A program made the position numbers and the translations under genes. Shown here one piece after another: positions 10,175 through 23,568 of a stretch of 64,000 bases of DNA (within the stretch, counting starts at the first letter, position 1; each line of letters starts with the position of its first letter). The stretch comes from Octopus bimaculoides (lineage: Eukaryota): contig NC_068983.1 in assembly GCF_001194135.2 (NCBI RefSeq), positions 44,638,963 to 44,702,962 of the forward strand. Direction: 5' to 3'. Under the pieces are notes generated by a model. That model was not told the origin of the DNA. It ran no database searches and saw nothing but the letters and a program-made list of their open reading frames with translations.

Positions 10175-12138
10175 TTTATTAATTTCTATGATATTCCGAC
10201 AGTCAACACTAAATGTGTGACACACAGACACACACTGATATGTATGTAAAATTGTTCACATGAAATCGAAATTTCGGGAATATTCTGTGGGGAGGCAAGA
10301 AGTTGTGAGATTTATGCCTTTCCTCATCTCCATTTATGAATCTATAGCATATCCTAATTTTTAGTTCGATTAGAATTTATTGTCTCACGTTGAATAACAT
10401 TTTTACAGTTTAGTTTCATCCCTGTACATCTGATTTCAAATCCCACTAGAGATGACTTTGTATTTAAGCCTTGCGTGGGGTTTATAAATAGTAGCAATTA
10501 TGAACTGAAATCTAGATGCTTAAAGCTGTCCCTCAGATATTAAACCTTGTATCTGATGAAAATAATTTGATCGTATCGATCTCAGTATTTAGTTTATGCT
10601 TACTCTTTCTCCTCTATATAACAGCTTATCGAACAACCAACCCCTAAACTTCTATGCTTGTTTCATACAGATATATAGCAATATTTTATGGAATGCGATG
10701 CTGTATGATGATCAAACATTTTCATTTTAATGTATAGAATCATACATAAATATGCTCCAAACTTTTTTTTATTTTACTTTGCATCAAAATTACCAATATT
10801 GGGTTCTAACTCCAGTGAGGGTGGATTATAGACCCAACCGTTTGTCATTTTGTTACAAGGATAAATATTTGAAGCTTATTTTATATTATCAACATCAAAT
10901 ATCAACTCATTCAGGGCTGAGATATCTGGAGTGTTGGACCAAAGCTGAAAGACATCATTTAGTTAGCATTTTAGCTGTATCAAATGTCCATGTATTTGTT
11001 GTGCATCCTCTGTTCAGCTCTTTTCAAGCATTTCAGCTATCACCATTCCATCGTTTTTTTTTTCTCTTCCTCCTCCAGACATGCTGTATCAAGGAATACG
11101 TCTTTCAATATGTCCTTTCATTTTTCTTTTTTTTTTATGAGTGGTTTGGTTTGACATAGATTTGGTTTCTAATCTACACAAGTTAACTCATTATTTTAGG
11201 TAGAGCTCACTATGTTCCTATTATGGGCTTGCTGTGATAAATAAGATTTTGTCTCTATTCTAAAACTAAAATGTTTGATGAGGTGCATAAGATTGATTGC
11301 AGAATAGAACAGGTTGTGTAACACGTTCTCTTGGTGGCTCATATTTCTTACATAGTTATTTTAATTTTAATACTGTCTCTGGAGTCATCAAATTACCAAT
11401 ATCATCAGTGTGGGCTTTTGGGTTTGCTTATTTCACATTTTTGGTTATAACTTCTGCTAATCCCTACTCTACAACCTTTTTAGTTATATTTAAGTGTGAG
11501 AGTAAAACACATGTATCAGACAATGAAGACATTCCATGCAAGAGAAGTGTCATTTTTATTTTCATGTTTTTTTTACCACACTTTGGATGGTTCCAGAAGC
11601 ATAGCAGTTTCTCTTTGAGGAGGGGTTACTTGCCCCTTGCTCAGTCCATCTGCATTCCTGGAGAGAGCAAAGCTGAGACAATTGGGTGCAGCTTTTTGGA
11701 TGCTGACGATTTGGTGTGGCTGACTGGATGTTCAACCTGTTTTGGTGATGGCATTCTTTTGGTGCTGGAGGCAAACACTCACATTTCTACATGTGCAGAA
11801 ATATATAAATAGAAAGAGTGAGCAGAGAGCGTTGATTCAGTGACACCAAAATGGATGTGTTGAAATGTCTCATACCCAGCTGAAGTGGTCTTGCACAATC
11901 CTTCTTTTGGTGCAACCTAGCCAATTCATGAACGAGTAGAATGAAATAAGTACTAGATTGGTAATTTTTTTATTGATTCCAGTGGGACAAAAAATAGCAA
12001 AGTTGGCATCAATGGGATTTGAACACAGAGCATAGAGATCTGGAATGAATACCTCAATAGAACTATAAATTAGAAATTTGCAGGAATAATTGTTCAGAGA
12101 TGTTGATGTTCATGTCTTTGAAATGTGTTTCATGTTAA

Positions 12139-12356
12139 CCCATTAAAGCCCATGGTCCTTTCTTTAGGACCAGAAAGATAATCCATCATATTTCTGCAAC
12201 ACCTGTATTTTTCTAAGGTATCTTCAATTAGTCATCAAGACCAGAGTGTCTTTCAAACATTGTAAAATAATTTTTTTATATATTTAGTATCAGATAAATT
12301 TGTATAAAAATAGATTTTTGGTAATAAACTAAATAAAAAATTTGGGCACTAATAGG
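12139..12356. mobile_element. piggyBac-type MITE
   Basis: TTAA|CCCATTAAAGCCCA...TGGGCACTAATAGG|TTAA. Confidence 0.7.
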
Positions 12357-13493
12357 TTAATTGAGCTTGTAGAATGAAATTTTAATATCTTAAGAAGTTC
12401 TAATATTCCAGTTATTATTTCTTGTAGAAAGGCACAAATACCCCCAATGTCTTATTTCCCTCCTTCCTTGTAAACAAGTGGTCAAATGTGTTCCACCTAC
12501 AGCAACTCTGACATTGTCCAATATTTTATTTTCCATTTTTTAAGCTTGCACAATGTGTTTTGAAGGAAAATTATTTGGCTGCTAGAAATAGCAGTTGAAG
12601 CAACCATGTAAGGACCTCTCTTATTGGCTCATTCTAGTCTAGTTCATCCCAGTGAAGAACTTTTTTAGTATATCTTCTTGGACAAGACCCTTTACTCCAC
12701 TTGCCGACAACTTAGTGCCTGATTATAAAATTTTTCTGTGTTATATTCAGTGGCAAGGGCAATATATGCAACTCTTAGCAATTTCATTCAGTAAGTTAGA
12801 CAAAAGAAAAATGAATGTAAAATTTTGATATCTTTACTTAATTGCACTATAGCCTCAGGCTGACTAAAGCCTTGTGAGTGGATTTGGTGGACAGAAACTG
12901 AAAGAAGGCTGTCATATATATGTATATATATATATGTTTATGTGTCTGTGTTTGTCCCCTCAACATCGCTTGACAACTGATGCTGGTGTGTTTACGTCCC
13001 CGTAACTTAGCAGTTCGGCAAAAGAGACCGATAGAATAAGTACTAGGCTTACAAAGAATAAGTCCTGGGGTCGATTTGCTTGACTAAAGGCGGTGCTCTA
13101 GCATGGCCGCAGTCAAATAACTGAAACAAGTAAAAGAGTATTATTATTAAGGCGATGAGTTGGACAAAATGCTTAGTGGCTTTCCTTCCAGTTCTTTACA
13201 TTCTGAGTTCAAATCCTGCTGAGGTCAACCATACCTTTCATCCCTTTGGGGTTGATAGAATAAGTATCAGTCAAGCACTGGGGTTGATGTAATTGACTAG
13301 CCCCCTCCTCCAAAATTTCAGGTCTTTGTAGCTATGGTAAAAATGATTATTATTATTGTTAGTGGGGCAAAATGCAGTGAGCCGGGTGAATTGTTAGCAC
13401 ACCAAACAAAATGCTAAGCAGCATTTGATCTCCCTTTACATTCTGAGTTCAAATTCCTCCAAAGATGACTTTGCCTTTCATCCTTACAGAGTC

Positions 13494-13853
13494 AATAAAT
13501 TAAGTACCAGTTGCATACTGGGTCGATTTAATCGACTGGCCCCCTCCCCAAAAATTTTGAGCCTTGTGTCTAGAGTAGAAAAGAATAAATTAAGTACCAG
13601 TTGCATGCTGGGGTTTGATCTAATGGACTGCCCCACTCCCCCAAAATTTCGGGCCTTGTGCCTAGAGTAGAAAAGAATAAATTAAGTACCAGTTGCATGC
13701 TGGGGTCGATCTAATCAACTGGCCCCCTCTCCAAAAATTTCAGGCCTTGTGCCTAGAGTAGAAAAGAATAAATTAAGTACCAGTCAAGCACTGGGGTCAA
13801 TGTAATCAACTAGCCCCCTACTCCCCAAATTTCAGGCCTTGTTCCTATAGTAA
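13494..13853 (+). repeat. Four head-to-tail copies of a 90-92 bp SINE-C tail unit
   Basis: TAAGTACCAG recurs at 13501, 13591, 13683 and 13774; units end GCCTTGTGCCTAGAGTAGAAAAG. Confidence 0.9.
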
Positions 13854-14684
13854 AGATTATTATTATTATTCAGGGATAAATTGATTGAATATTGGAGCGT
13901 TTAGCAAAATGCCTTGTGGTATTTCATTATGGCCCTTTAAGTTCTGAGTGCAGTCCTACCAAGGTTAACTTTGCATTTCACTCTTCTGAGCACTAATCAA
14001 GTATTGGAGTTGATATATGATTGGTCTCAACCTAAATTTTTGACCTCTTGCTTATGTAAGAAATTATTATTGTAAAGCGCAGTGAACTAGCAGAATTATT
14101 GAAGTGTCAGTCAAAATGCTTTGCAGTATTTCTTCTGACACATTATGCTCTGAGTTCAAATTCCGCAGAGGTCATCTTTACATTTCATCCCTCCAGGATC
14201 AATAAATTCTGTGTCTGAAATGCCTTTTAAATTTTATTTTCCATAAATAAGACAAATTATTATGCATATATTTTATAATGTTATTGTTTTGTTTTTAATT
14301 TGTTTTGCATTTATACCTTTTGTATTTTAAGAATTTTTCTTGTAATAATGAGAAAGTTAGCCAAAAATATTAATATTTGTTTGAAACTGTCAAAAACCAT
14401 ATCTTCGTTTTGTTTTGATGTCATTATTATGAAATTAACACAATTTCTTTGAGTGAAAAAAATTGATTTTCTGTTCTTTTTCTTTTCTAGAATTGATAAA
14501 ATAAGTACCAGCTATGTATTAGGGGTTGTTTTATTATAATTATATAAAGTGATGGATATGGTAGAATTCCTGACAAAAATGTCTTGAAATATTACTTAGA
14601 TTACATTTTTTTGCAGTTTGAATTCAGTTGTGTTTGATTTTGCCTTTAATTCTTTCAAAATTGCTAAAATGAAATACTAGTTTC

Positions 14685-14986
14685 CAGGGCTGTGGAATCG
14701 AAACAAAAAAACTTTGACTCTGATTCCGACTCCTGTACTTATTGGCACCTCCGACTCTCAACTCCTCTTTATGTAATTAAGTGATTATGGTCTACATATC
14801 TCACAAAGCATATGCATACGCTTGTACTTTGAATATGTCTATATGTTATAACTGGTTTATATTAAAGAATAAAGATATTGTGAGTCGAAATCAAAGTCGG
14901 TATAGTTTTACCGACTCCAACTCTGACTACCCCTTAATTGTTTCCGAATCCAACTCCAACTCCATGACTCCGACTCGACAGCCCTG
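14685..14986. mobile_element. hAT-type MITE
   Basis: TIR CAGGGCTGT...ACAGCCCTG; perfect 8-bp TSD CTAGTTTC (14677-14684, 14987-14994); internal (CCGACT)-like repeats. Confidence 0.9.
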
Positions 14987-16748
14987 CTAGTTTCTAGTTT
15001 CAGTTTCCATCACAAACTTAGAGCCAACCTAATTGGATCCCACTCCACAACAACTGTCATGCAATGAGGTTTATATCTAAATCCACTGCAGCAAACAACA
15101 ATTATATATTCACAGATTACATTGCAGATAGCTCAACTTGGGATTGATTTAATTCAACTGTAACCCTTCTCTTTAAAATCTGTGGCTTTGTGCATGTTAT
15201 TATTTTCAAGAGTAAGGCAGCTGAGCTGGCAGAATTGTTAGCATGCCAGGAAAAATGCTTAGCAGCATTTCATCTGTCTTTATGTTCTGTGTTCAAATTC
15301 CTCCAAGATTGACTCCATTCTTGGAGGAATTTCAGGGTTGATAAAATACTTTCAGGGTCAATAAATAAGTACTAGCTGGACACTGGGATCAATATAATTG
15401 GCTTACGCTTCTCCCGAAATTGCTAGCCTGGTGCTAAAATTTAAAACCATTATTATTTTTAAGGGCAGAAGATTGGCAGAATTGCTCAAATGTTCAAAAG
15501 TATTCCAGCCATGCCAATTCCATCAATTCCTTACGTGCATGGAACCTAGGACTACATTATTCAATGAGTCTTTTTCTAAGATGGTGAGTTTATCATTTGA
15601 GGGAAAGTTGATTGCTATTTCTGGCAGGCTGAATGAATACTTACAAATACCTTCAATAGTTTTTATTGTTCAGGTGTGCAATTTTTTCTGCAAATATTTT
15701 TTTGTGTTCCTCTGCAGAAATCTTTATTCTGCACCTGCCTCCCTAGAATGTTAGCTACCATTGCAAGTTCTTGTGTGGTGTCTTCCTACTAGTTCCCATT
15801 AGTACCTTGCTAATGTGGACTCAGTCATGTCGTTGCCTTGGAAATTTGTAATGATATAGGAGATAGTCAACTGCTTTTGAAAATTGGTTGGTCAGTGTTT
15901 AAGCGCTTGACTGGCCTTCATGCCGGTGGCACGTAAAAGCACCCACTACACTCTTGGAGTGGTTGGCGTTAGGAAGGGCATCCAGCTGTAGAAACTCTGC
16001 CAGATCAGATTGGAGTCTGGTGTAGCCATCCGGTTTCACCAGTCCTCAGTCAAATCGTCCAACCCATGCTAGCATGGAAAGCGGATGTTAAACGATGATG
16101 ATGAAGAATTTTTGCTTTGGTTATTGAAATCAATTAAATACTGCTATCTAATTTAGTCATAACTGTCTATTATTTGTATTTATAGTATTATGCAAAATCT
16201 TAAAGAAAAGAAAATTATTTTGTTAGATCTGAAGCAATCAATGACTTAGATGAGTTCTGATCTTCTAAGTGGAGAAAGGAATGCTTTCGTTTGAATTTTG
16301 TTAACATTGCTTTGAAACCAAATGGTTTCAGATTCATTCCCACTGCACAACACCTTAGGCAAGTGTCTTCCACTACAGTCATGGCTGTGTGGTATTCCCA
16401 ACCACATGGTTCCAGGGTCAGTCCTACGGCATGGTACCTTGGGCAAGTGTCTTCTACTATAGTCTCAGGCCAACCAAAGCCTTTGTGAGTGGATTTGGTA
16501 GACGGAAACTGTGTAGAAGCCCATTGTGTATATATATGTGCGTGTTTGCGTGTATTCCCATCACCCTTGACAACCATTGTTTGATTACGTTCCCATAACT
16601 TAATTCAGCAAGAGAGACTGATAGAGTAAGTACCAGACTTACAAAAAAAAAAAAAAGAACTGGTGTCATTTTGTTCAACCAGACCCCCCAAGATCATGCC
16701 CCATCATAGTCACAGTCCATTGAAATGAGTTAAAGATATGAATCTCTA

Positions 16749-17105
16749 CAGGGTGATCCAAAAGCTTGTCAGCCCCCTACTGAAAAGTAATAAGAGCAGT
16801 AGAGCAACAATATAATATCAAACACATGTAACTGGTTTTAATATATTCACATTCATTGACACTGACACTGTCATACATCGAGAAGGTCTGTACAAACACC
16901 ATCATTTTCGTGGCACAAAATGATGTGGCTCCGTGTCCTGTGTGATAATTTATGAAGCTGTGCTTTGGTGATTGTTGCAAAGGCTGCCGAAACAGCATCC
17001 TTTAACTGTTGGGTATTCTGGTATTGCTCTTGTGAAACTCTCTCCCTGATAATAGAAAATTAAAACAATATTTACAGGTGGTTACAAGACTTTCGGACCA
17101 CCCTG
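16749..17105. mobile_element. Tc1/mariner-type MITE
   Basis: TA|CAGGGTGATCCAAAAG...CTTTCGGACCACCCTG|TA. Confidence 0.85.
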
Positions 17106-17449
17106 TAGATTCCTCAGGCTCAAGTTTTTATTTTGGTGCCATATCATACCAGAATTCTAAAACGGAATGTGTTAAATATTATAACATGGTAAATGTCAAT
17201 AGGATTTCTTTAAACTGTTATGTTTAAAACCCTTTTAAATGCTAATCTTCCTGAAACTGTTGTTAGTTTCTAGACTTCAAAATCTTCCATTTTAGAGTGT
17301 TCATATTTAAATTAAAACTTTCTATTCTAATTTTATATAAAGAACTTTTTTTTATCAGTTATGTGCTAAACATTAGCTTAATAATGGAAAAGAAAAGTGT
17401 ATTACTTCTCGAAATTCTTCCAAATCCTTGATCCCCCTACCCATTCCAT

Positions 17450-17655
17450 CCATTTTGCTACTCACTCTTTCTGGAAGGGTCATGGGGGTAAAGTCTTCAG
17501 ACACATCTTCATTAAACTTTCCTACTGGATTCTCAAGCATGGTTAACTGAGATCATGGACATTATTGCACCATCTTCCTCTTTGTCTACCCCCAAGTTTC
17601 TTGCCAGTTGGCTCAGCTTGAAGAATCTTTCTTGCAATCTTTTCCTATGGTATTG
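17450..17655 (-). mobile_element. RTE 3' fragment with stop codons
   Basis: IP*EKIARKILQAEPTGKKLGGRQRGRWCNNVHDLS* resembles the RTE 'GKRPRGRPRTRW' region. Confidence 0.75.
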
Positions 17656-18737
17656 TAATCATGCCTGTTGTGCCAGAGCAGTAACCTTTCAATGCAAAGA
17701 AGTAGTGGATAATCTTCAAGAGACTCCCTGATCTTTGAGCTCTACACCCTATCAAGTAACATTACCCAGGGGATCCTTCAGAAGAACTCTATTTTGGCCC
17801 CTTGCATTTATGTTTGTCCTCTTTTGATCATTACCTAACATTCATAATCTTCTTCCGTGAAGATAGGCACAAAATCTGCCTTTTTACCAACTTCTTTCCT
17901 TGATTATTCTTATAATCGAAACAGTGTATTTTATTATAAATATCACAAAAGGATTAAGTAATAGATTGTTTTCTAAATTCACAAGTAATATAGAAATAGT
18001 TTAGAAATGTATTAGCGGCTAACACACACATTAACCATCATAGTAACAGAGAAAAGCAAAAAGCTCCAGCTGTAAACAAGGTTATCTCTTAATTCTCTTA
18101 AGTTCTACTTGTAGTACTATTAAATTACTTAATTATCTTTAATTACTGCATTTGATGGCATAAATGATGCACAAGCATATTAGATGCATCTCAATATCTG
18201 TTGAGCATATTCAAGTCAAAAAGTTTTTAGTACATTAAAGCATGTAATTATAGGACCCAGGATGAAATCTTGAGCTATTTTTGGGAAAAAAGAAAGTGCA
18301 TCTTATATGTCATGCCATCAAATATTATATTTCTTTTTTAGTATTAAATCATTAGATTTTTATTACAAAGCATACATTTATTTCACATTTTTCACACAGT
18401 TTCTAAGCATATATCAGTTAAGAGGATCTACACTTTATATTTGATAATTTTTTTCTTCATAATCTGAATATAAAGAAAACAAAACACTTCCATGAAATTA
18501 AATTGTATTTAAAGAGAAGCTAGAGAGGAATTAGTAGATGATTATGATGAAGATAATGATGGTAAGGACAATGATCATTTTTACCATCTTCATTATCATA
18601 TTTATCTATTGAGCAGTTTGTGTCAGCTTGTTGCTCCTGAACCAGTAAAGTTGCTTTATGTTTATGTATGTTATTGTTCCTTTTATAACCTAACAGATTT
18701 TTCATGAAATCTGTGGTTAAGTGTTGTCATAAGTTAC

Positions 18738-18826
18738 CTCCTTGGCCCCGGCAGACAAATAGAAAAGGTACATCTCCTTCACCAGCAAAGTCATGAATTC
18801 TTTTGAGTTTGCTGCCGTTAGTCCAC
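18738..18826 (-). CDS. Candidate 89-nt internal exon (WTNGSKLKRIHDFAGEGDVPFLFVCRGQG)
   Basis: Acceptor CTCTTTCAG| and donor GAG|GTAACT; open in two of three frames; GC-richer than flanks; family not recognised. Confidence 0.35.
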
Positions 18827-19162
18827 CTGAAAGAGGTTGCTTCACTATAATGGTGATCAAAGTTGGAATTTTGAACTCAGAATCTACAGCTTGGGAATAG
18901 ATGCTAAAAGGCATCTTGTCTGACTGGCAATTCCTCCAAACTCCTTCCCTGGTCTGTACTATATGAATGTGACTTAACCTGTCATCTTAATTGCATACTA
19001 CCTGGCATCTTAGGGGCTTTAAGTGGAGTTCACTCTGTTGCAATTATTTAAGCCAGATTCTCCACTTGATAGTACCACCTTCCTATCACTCTCAGAGGCC
19101 CTGTAACAGGTGATGAGCTCTGCCTTCCCTCCTGATTAGAAGATTAAAAAAAAAAAAAGAAA

Positions 19163-19350
19163 AAGGCGGCAAGCTGGACAAAATGCTTAGCAGTATTTCG
19201 TCTGTCTTTACGTTCTGAGTTCTAATTCCGCCTAGGTCGACTTTGCTTTTCATCCTTTCGGGGTTGATAAATTAAGTACCAGTTACGCACTGGGGGTCAA
19301 TGTAATCGACTTAATCCCTTTGTCTGTCCTTGTTTGTCCCCTCTATGGGC
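19163..19350 (+). mobile_element. SINE family C (core GAGGTCGACTTTGCCTTTCATCCTTTCGGGGTCGATAAATTAAGTACCAG, resembling the Nin/Deu central domain); representative copy
   Basis: Other copies at about 600-1020 (-), 13150-15480 (+), 19430-20830 (-), 34880-35055 (-) and 43740-43935 (-). The domain name is from recall. Confidence 0.8.
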
Positions 19351-20996
19351 AAAGATAAAAACAAAAAGCATAACAAATGCAAGGATTCAGTCTTTGGTGA
19401 TGCTGAAGTGCTAATAATAGCAATCCTTTCTACTTTAGGCACAAGGCCCGAAATTTTGAAGTGAAGGGCAAGTCAAGTATATTGACCCCAGTGTTCAGTT
19501 GGTACTCATTTTATCAGCCCTGAAAGGATGAAAGGCAAAGTCAACCTCAGTGGAATTTGAACTCAGAATGTAAAGTCATGGAATATTGCCAAGCATTTTG
19601 CACAGCATGCTAAGAGTTTTGCCAATGTACTGCCTAATAATGATAATAATTGTATCTGATTTAGGTACAAAACTGGAAGTTTTTAAGGGCAGGAATTAAT
19701 GGATAGTTGATCAGTACTTTGTTTTATCAAGTTATGATAAATTTTGAGTTCAAATCACACCTGGGTCAAGAGAAGTTGACCTTGGTGCAATGTGAACTCA
19801 ACACAAGGAGTTAGAAGTACTACAAGGTATTTTGTCTGACACTGATGATACTACTAACCTACTGTCCTTAGAGAATAGTTTCTTACACAAGCACAAGGCC
19901 TGAAATTGTGAGAAGTGGAACAGATGGTATCATTGGACTCTATTACTTAACTAGTACCTAATCTTATTGACCCATTATAGGTTGAAAGGCAAAGTTAATC
20001 TCAGAATATAGAAGGCTACCTAAATACCATAATGCATTTTATTAGAATCTCTAATAGATGTTACCAACCCATCCATTAGAAATTCTAGTATTCTTTCTAA
20101 TTTTGGTTCTTTACTCTGAAAGGATTAAAGGCAAAGTTTATTTCGGTGGGATTTGAACTCAACATAATAAGTTGAAATAAATGCCAATAAGCATTTGTCA
20201 GATATGTAAATGCTTTGCCACCTTTTACTGTTCTAATATTAATCTCAAATTTTGGCACAAGGCCAGCAATTTAGGGGAGGGGATAAATTGATTACTTCGA
20301 CCCCAGTCCTACCCTGAAAGGATGAAAGGCAAAATCGACCTTAGCAGAATTTGAACTCAGAATGTAATTTCTTCTGCTCTAATTTTAATGATAATCCTTT
20401 CTATAAGCACAAGGCCTGAAATTTTGGTGGAGAGGATTAGTTGATTACATTGATCCCAGTATTCAGCTGCTACTTAATTTGTTGACCCAGAAAGGATGAA
20501 AGGCAAAGTTGACCCCAGCGGAATTTGAACTCAGAATGTAAAAACAGGCGAAATGCGCCTAAGTATTTTACCTGGTCTGCTGATGATTCTGCTAGACTGG
20601 CACCTTCCAAATTCGTTTAATTGTTTTTTATACTATAGGCACAAGACCTGAAATTTTTTGGAGGGTAATGGCTGGTTGAGTACATTGTTCCCCAGCGCTT
20701 CACTGGTATTTATTTTGTTGACTCCTGAAAGGATGAAAGGCAAAGTTGACCTCAGCGGAATTTGAACTGTGAACATAAAGCTGAAAAATCTTTTGTCGAA
20801 CGTGTTAACAATACTGCCAGCATGCTGCCTTATTTCAAATACACAATAAAATCTTAAATACAACACACTTAAGAAAAATCGTGTGGTTTAGCTTAGGTAG
20901 TCAATATGGCATTTGAGCAATGGTCCCAAAATGTTCTAAGTTCATCTAATCATTATGTTAATCCCACCGTCTTTTGGTACTCAGAAGCTCACATCA

Positions 20997-21210
20997 CCCT
21001 TTAGCATTTAAACTGGCTATATCCGGCTAAAATATTCTACCTGTTTTATGTTCAAACCAGCCAAATCTGAGCTCTCACACCAACTCTCCAATGACATTCT
21101 AAACTTTAACAGTTACATCTTCAAAACCACAAAGCTAAGAGATAATGCGTTCTTAATACAAAACAATAAATAAGCATAAAATTTGGTAGAATAATCTGAA
21201 TGTTAAAGAG
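20997..21210. mobile_element. Degenerate piggyBac-type MITE
   Basis: CCCTTTAGCATT...AATGTTAAAGAG termini; TSD eroded. Confidence 0.6.
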
Positions 21211-21520
21211 TTTAAATATTAAGCTGTTGGCAAAAGCTGAAACCCTTCCCACAAACTATCTTTCTCCCCATTTTTTTCTCTTTTTCTTTTAGTTTTTAGG
21301 TTAGATATATTATTTCTATTTTCTATAATTCTGACTAGATGAAAATGATTTAAATTATCACTTGCTATTTCATAGTTAAGTGCTAAGCATTAAGAATATT
21401 AAAAACAACATTCTATTTAAAAATGTATTCTAACAATTCAACCAAACTGTTCAATCTTTGCTCCTATTAAACACCTTTTTGTTTTGTTTTTTTCTTCTTT
21501 TAATAAAGAAAACAGTGGTG

Positions 21521-21593
<73 letters not shown>

Positions 21594-21972
21594 GGTGAGT
21601 GAATTCTCTTCCATCTAACTATAATTATAATCTAAGCCTTGTGAATTCTTAAGGCTTTCTACTAAGCCTTCCTCATTTGATTAGGCTGTGCACCTTTCAT
21701 TCATTACCACTTTGAGCCTTTTATTGAATGAATGTATAGATTATTAAAAAACAAATTATTTATTTATTTATTTATTATTAGTAATTGTGTTTGTGTGGAG
21801 TTGAAAGGCTGGAAAAAAAAAATTAAATATCCACAGTTGGTACTAATTTAGTTTAACAGCAGGATATACATACATAGATACATACATACCCACAATNNNN
21901 NNNNNNNNNNNNNNNNNNNNNNNNNNNNNNNNNNNNNNNNNNNNNNNNNNNNNTATATATATATATATATAT

Positions 21973-22014
<42 letters not shown>

Positions 22015-22804
22015 TTAGACACATACATACACATACATATACACATATATGAACATATACACACACACACATATATACATATATAGACACACACACACGC
22101 ACATATATATATATATATACATATATAGACACATACATACATACACATACATATACATATATATGAATATATGTATATATAATCCGTTTGTTTTATATGA
22201 CTTGATTTTTGTGTCTGGTACTTTATACCTACAAAACTTTTTTTTAATTTTAATTTTTATTTTGATAAAGATCTGTTGTATTGATTGAATGATAATAAAA
22301 TGATATCACTTTGTTTATCAATTTTGTTTATTATTTTCATTGCAATATTTGTATTTATTTTTCCACATTTACATGGCTTAGATGTGTCCTAGCAACATTC
22401 CAATTAATTTAAATTTTGGTGATTTAACATTTAACATACATACCTATTAGATAAGTACCATTTGGGCACGATCATTTCCAGCTTCGCCTTACTGGCACTT
22501 GTGCCGGTGGCATGTGAACAAAACATTGGACTGACTCCAGTGCAGGTGGCACGTGAAAAACACCATTTGAGCGTGACCGTTGCCAGTACCGCCGGACTGA
22601 CCCCCATGCTGGTGGCACATTAAAAAGCACCCACTACACTCTTGGAGTGGTTGGCATTAGGAAGGGCATCCAGCTGTAGAAATTCTGCCAGATCAGATTG
22701 GAGTCTGGTGTAGCCATCTGGTTCGCCAGTCCCCGGTCAAATCGTCCAACCCATGCTAACATGGAAAGCAGACGTTAAATGATAATGATGAGGATGATAT
22801 TGTC

Positions 22805-22942
22805 TCAGATTGCACCATCACTATAGCAGTCAGAATAGCAAAAGCATGGACTGCACTGGACAAATTGAAAGTAATTTATAAGTCTATACTGCCCAAACAA
22901 CTGAAAAGGGAATTCTCCAGGGGTATAATAGAATCAGTTCTT
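22805..22942 (+). mobile_element. RTE-type LINE fragment
   Basis: RIAKAWTALDKLKVIYKSILPKQLKREFSRGIIESVLLY. Confidence 0.8.
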
Positions 22943-23415
22943 CTTTACAGTTTATCAGCATGATGAAAAGATAGATAGATAAATGGATGGACGGATGGAC
23001 AGACGGGCGGGCTCAGAATTAAGTGCTGCCAAGTTTTGGGATGAGCGGAATATATCATCTTTGTAATATCTACTCTTCTATGCTGGCATGTGTTCAACAG
23101 AGTTTACTGAGGCAGATTTTCTATGGCTGAATGCTCTCCCTGTCGCCAACCCTTACCTGTTACCAAGCAAGGTAATCTTTCCCCATGGTCAGACAAGTTT
23201 TACAGAATACTGGAAATGAGTGACATTTATGTACAACAATCATGTGATGTCAAGACAAGAAGACACACGTGCGTGTGCACACACACACACATACACACAC
23301 ACACATTAATATAGTTGTTGGTTATGGCCAGTCAACTAGTTATCATTTGTTTCACACCTCTAAAATTCTTAGCGATATAGCTGACTTGTCAGACTTGTTG
23401 CCTGGAGACACATAC

Positions 23416-23568
23416 CTTCTCTACAACTGGAGATAAAAGTACAGTCTTGGTCAGTGAGGATTGTGAAAAACACCCAGATACAAAAGTTCCTTTCACAACC
23501 CTGACTGACCAAGAACTGATATTAAGCTTTTCAAAATTTTGGGTAATTTTATTCATATTTAAAACCAC
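23416..23568 (-). CDS. Candidate internal exon (...MNKITQNFEKLNISSWSVRVVKGTFVSGCFSQSSLTKTVLLSPVVEK)
   Basis: Open frame of about 50 codons ending at a strong donor AAG|GTATGT. A (CT)n tract and CCATTAG acceptor lie upstream; the acceptor position is uncertain. Confidence 0.25.

Noticed and set aside
11297-11812. 171-aa plus-strand ORF
   Set aside because: Non-ATG start in the track, no recognisable domain or splice context; composition looks like an antisense frame.
13494-13853. Regularly spaced repeats resembling a CRISPR array
   Set aside because: No unique spacers; whole units are SINE-tail copies; eukaryotic context; no cas genes.
15398-15754. 118-aa plus-strand ORF
   Set aside because: Begins in SINE sequence; the remainder is antisense to a candidate minus-strand exon.
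17690-17820. CR1-like RT motif (degenerate GVPQGSILGP)
   Set aside because: Too decayed to call with confidence.
21843-22288. YI/CV/HT-repeat ORFs (also about 35750-36050, 44900-45300, 47560-47900)
   Set aside because: TA/CA microsatellite translations.
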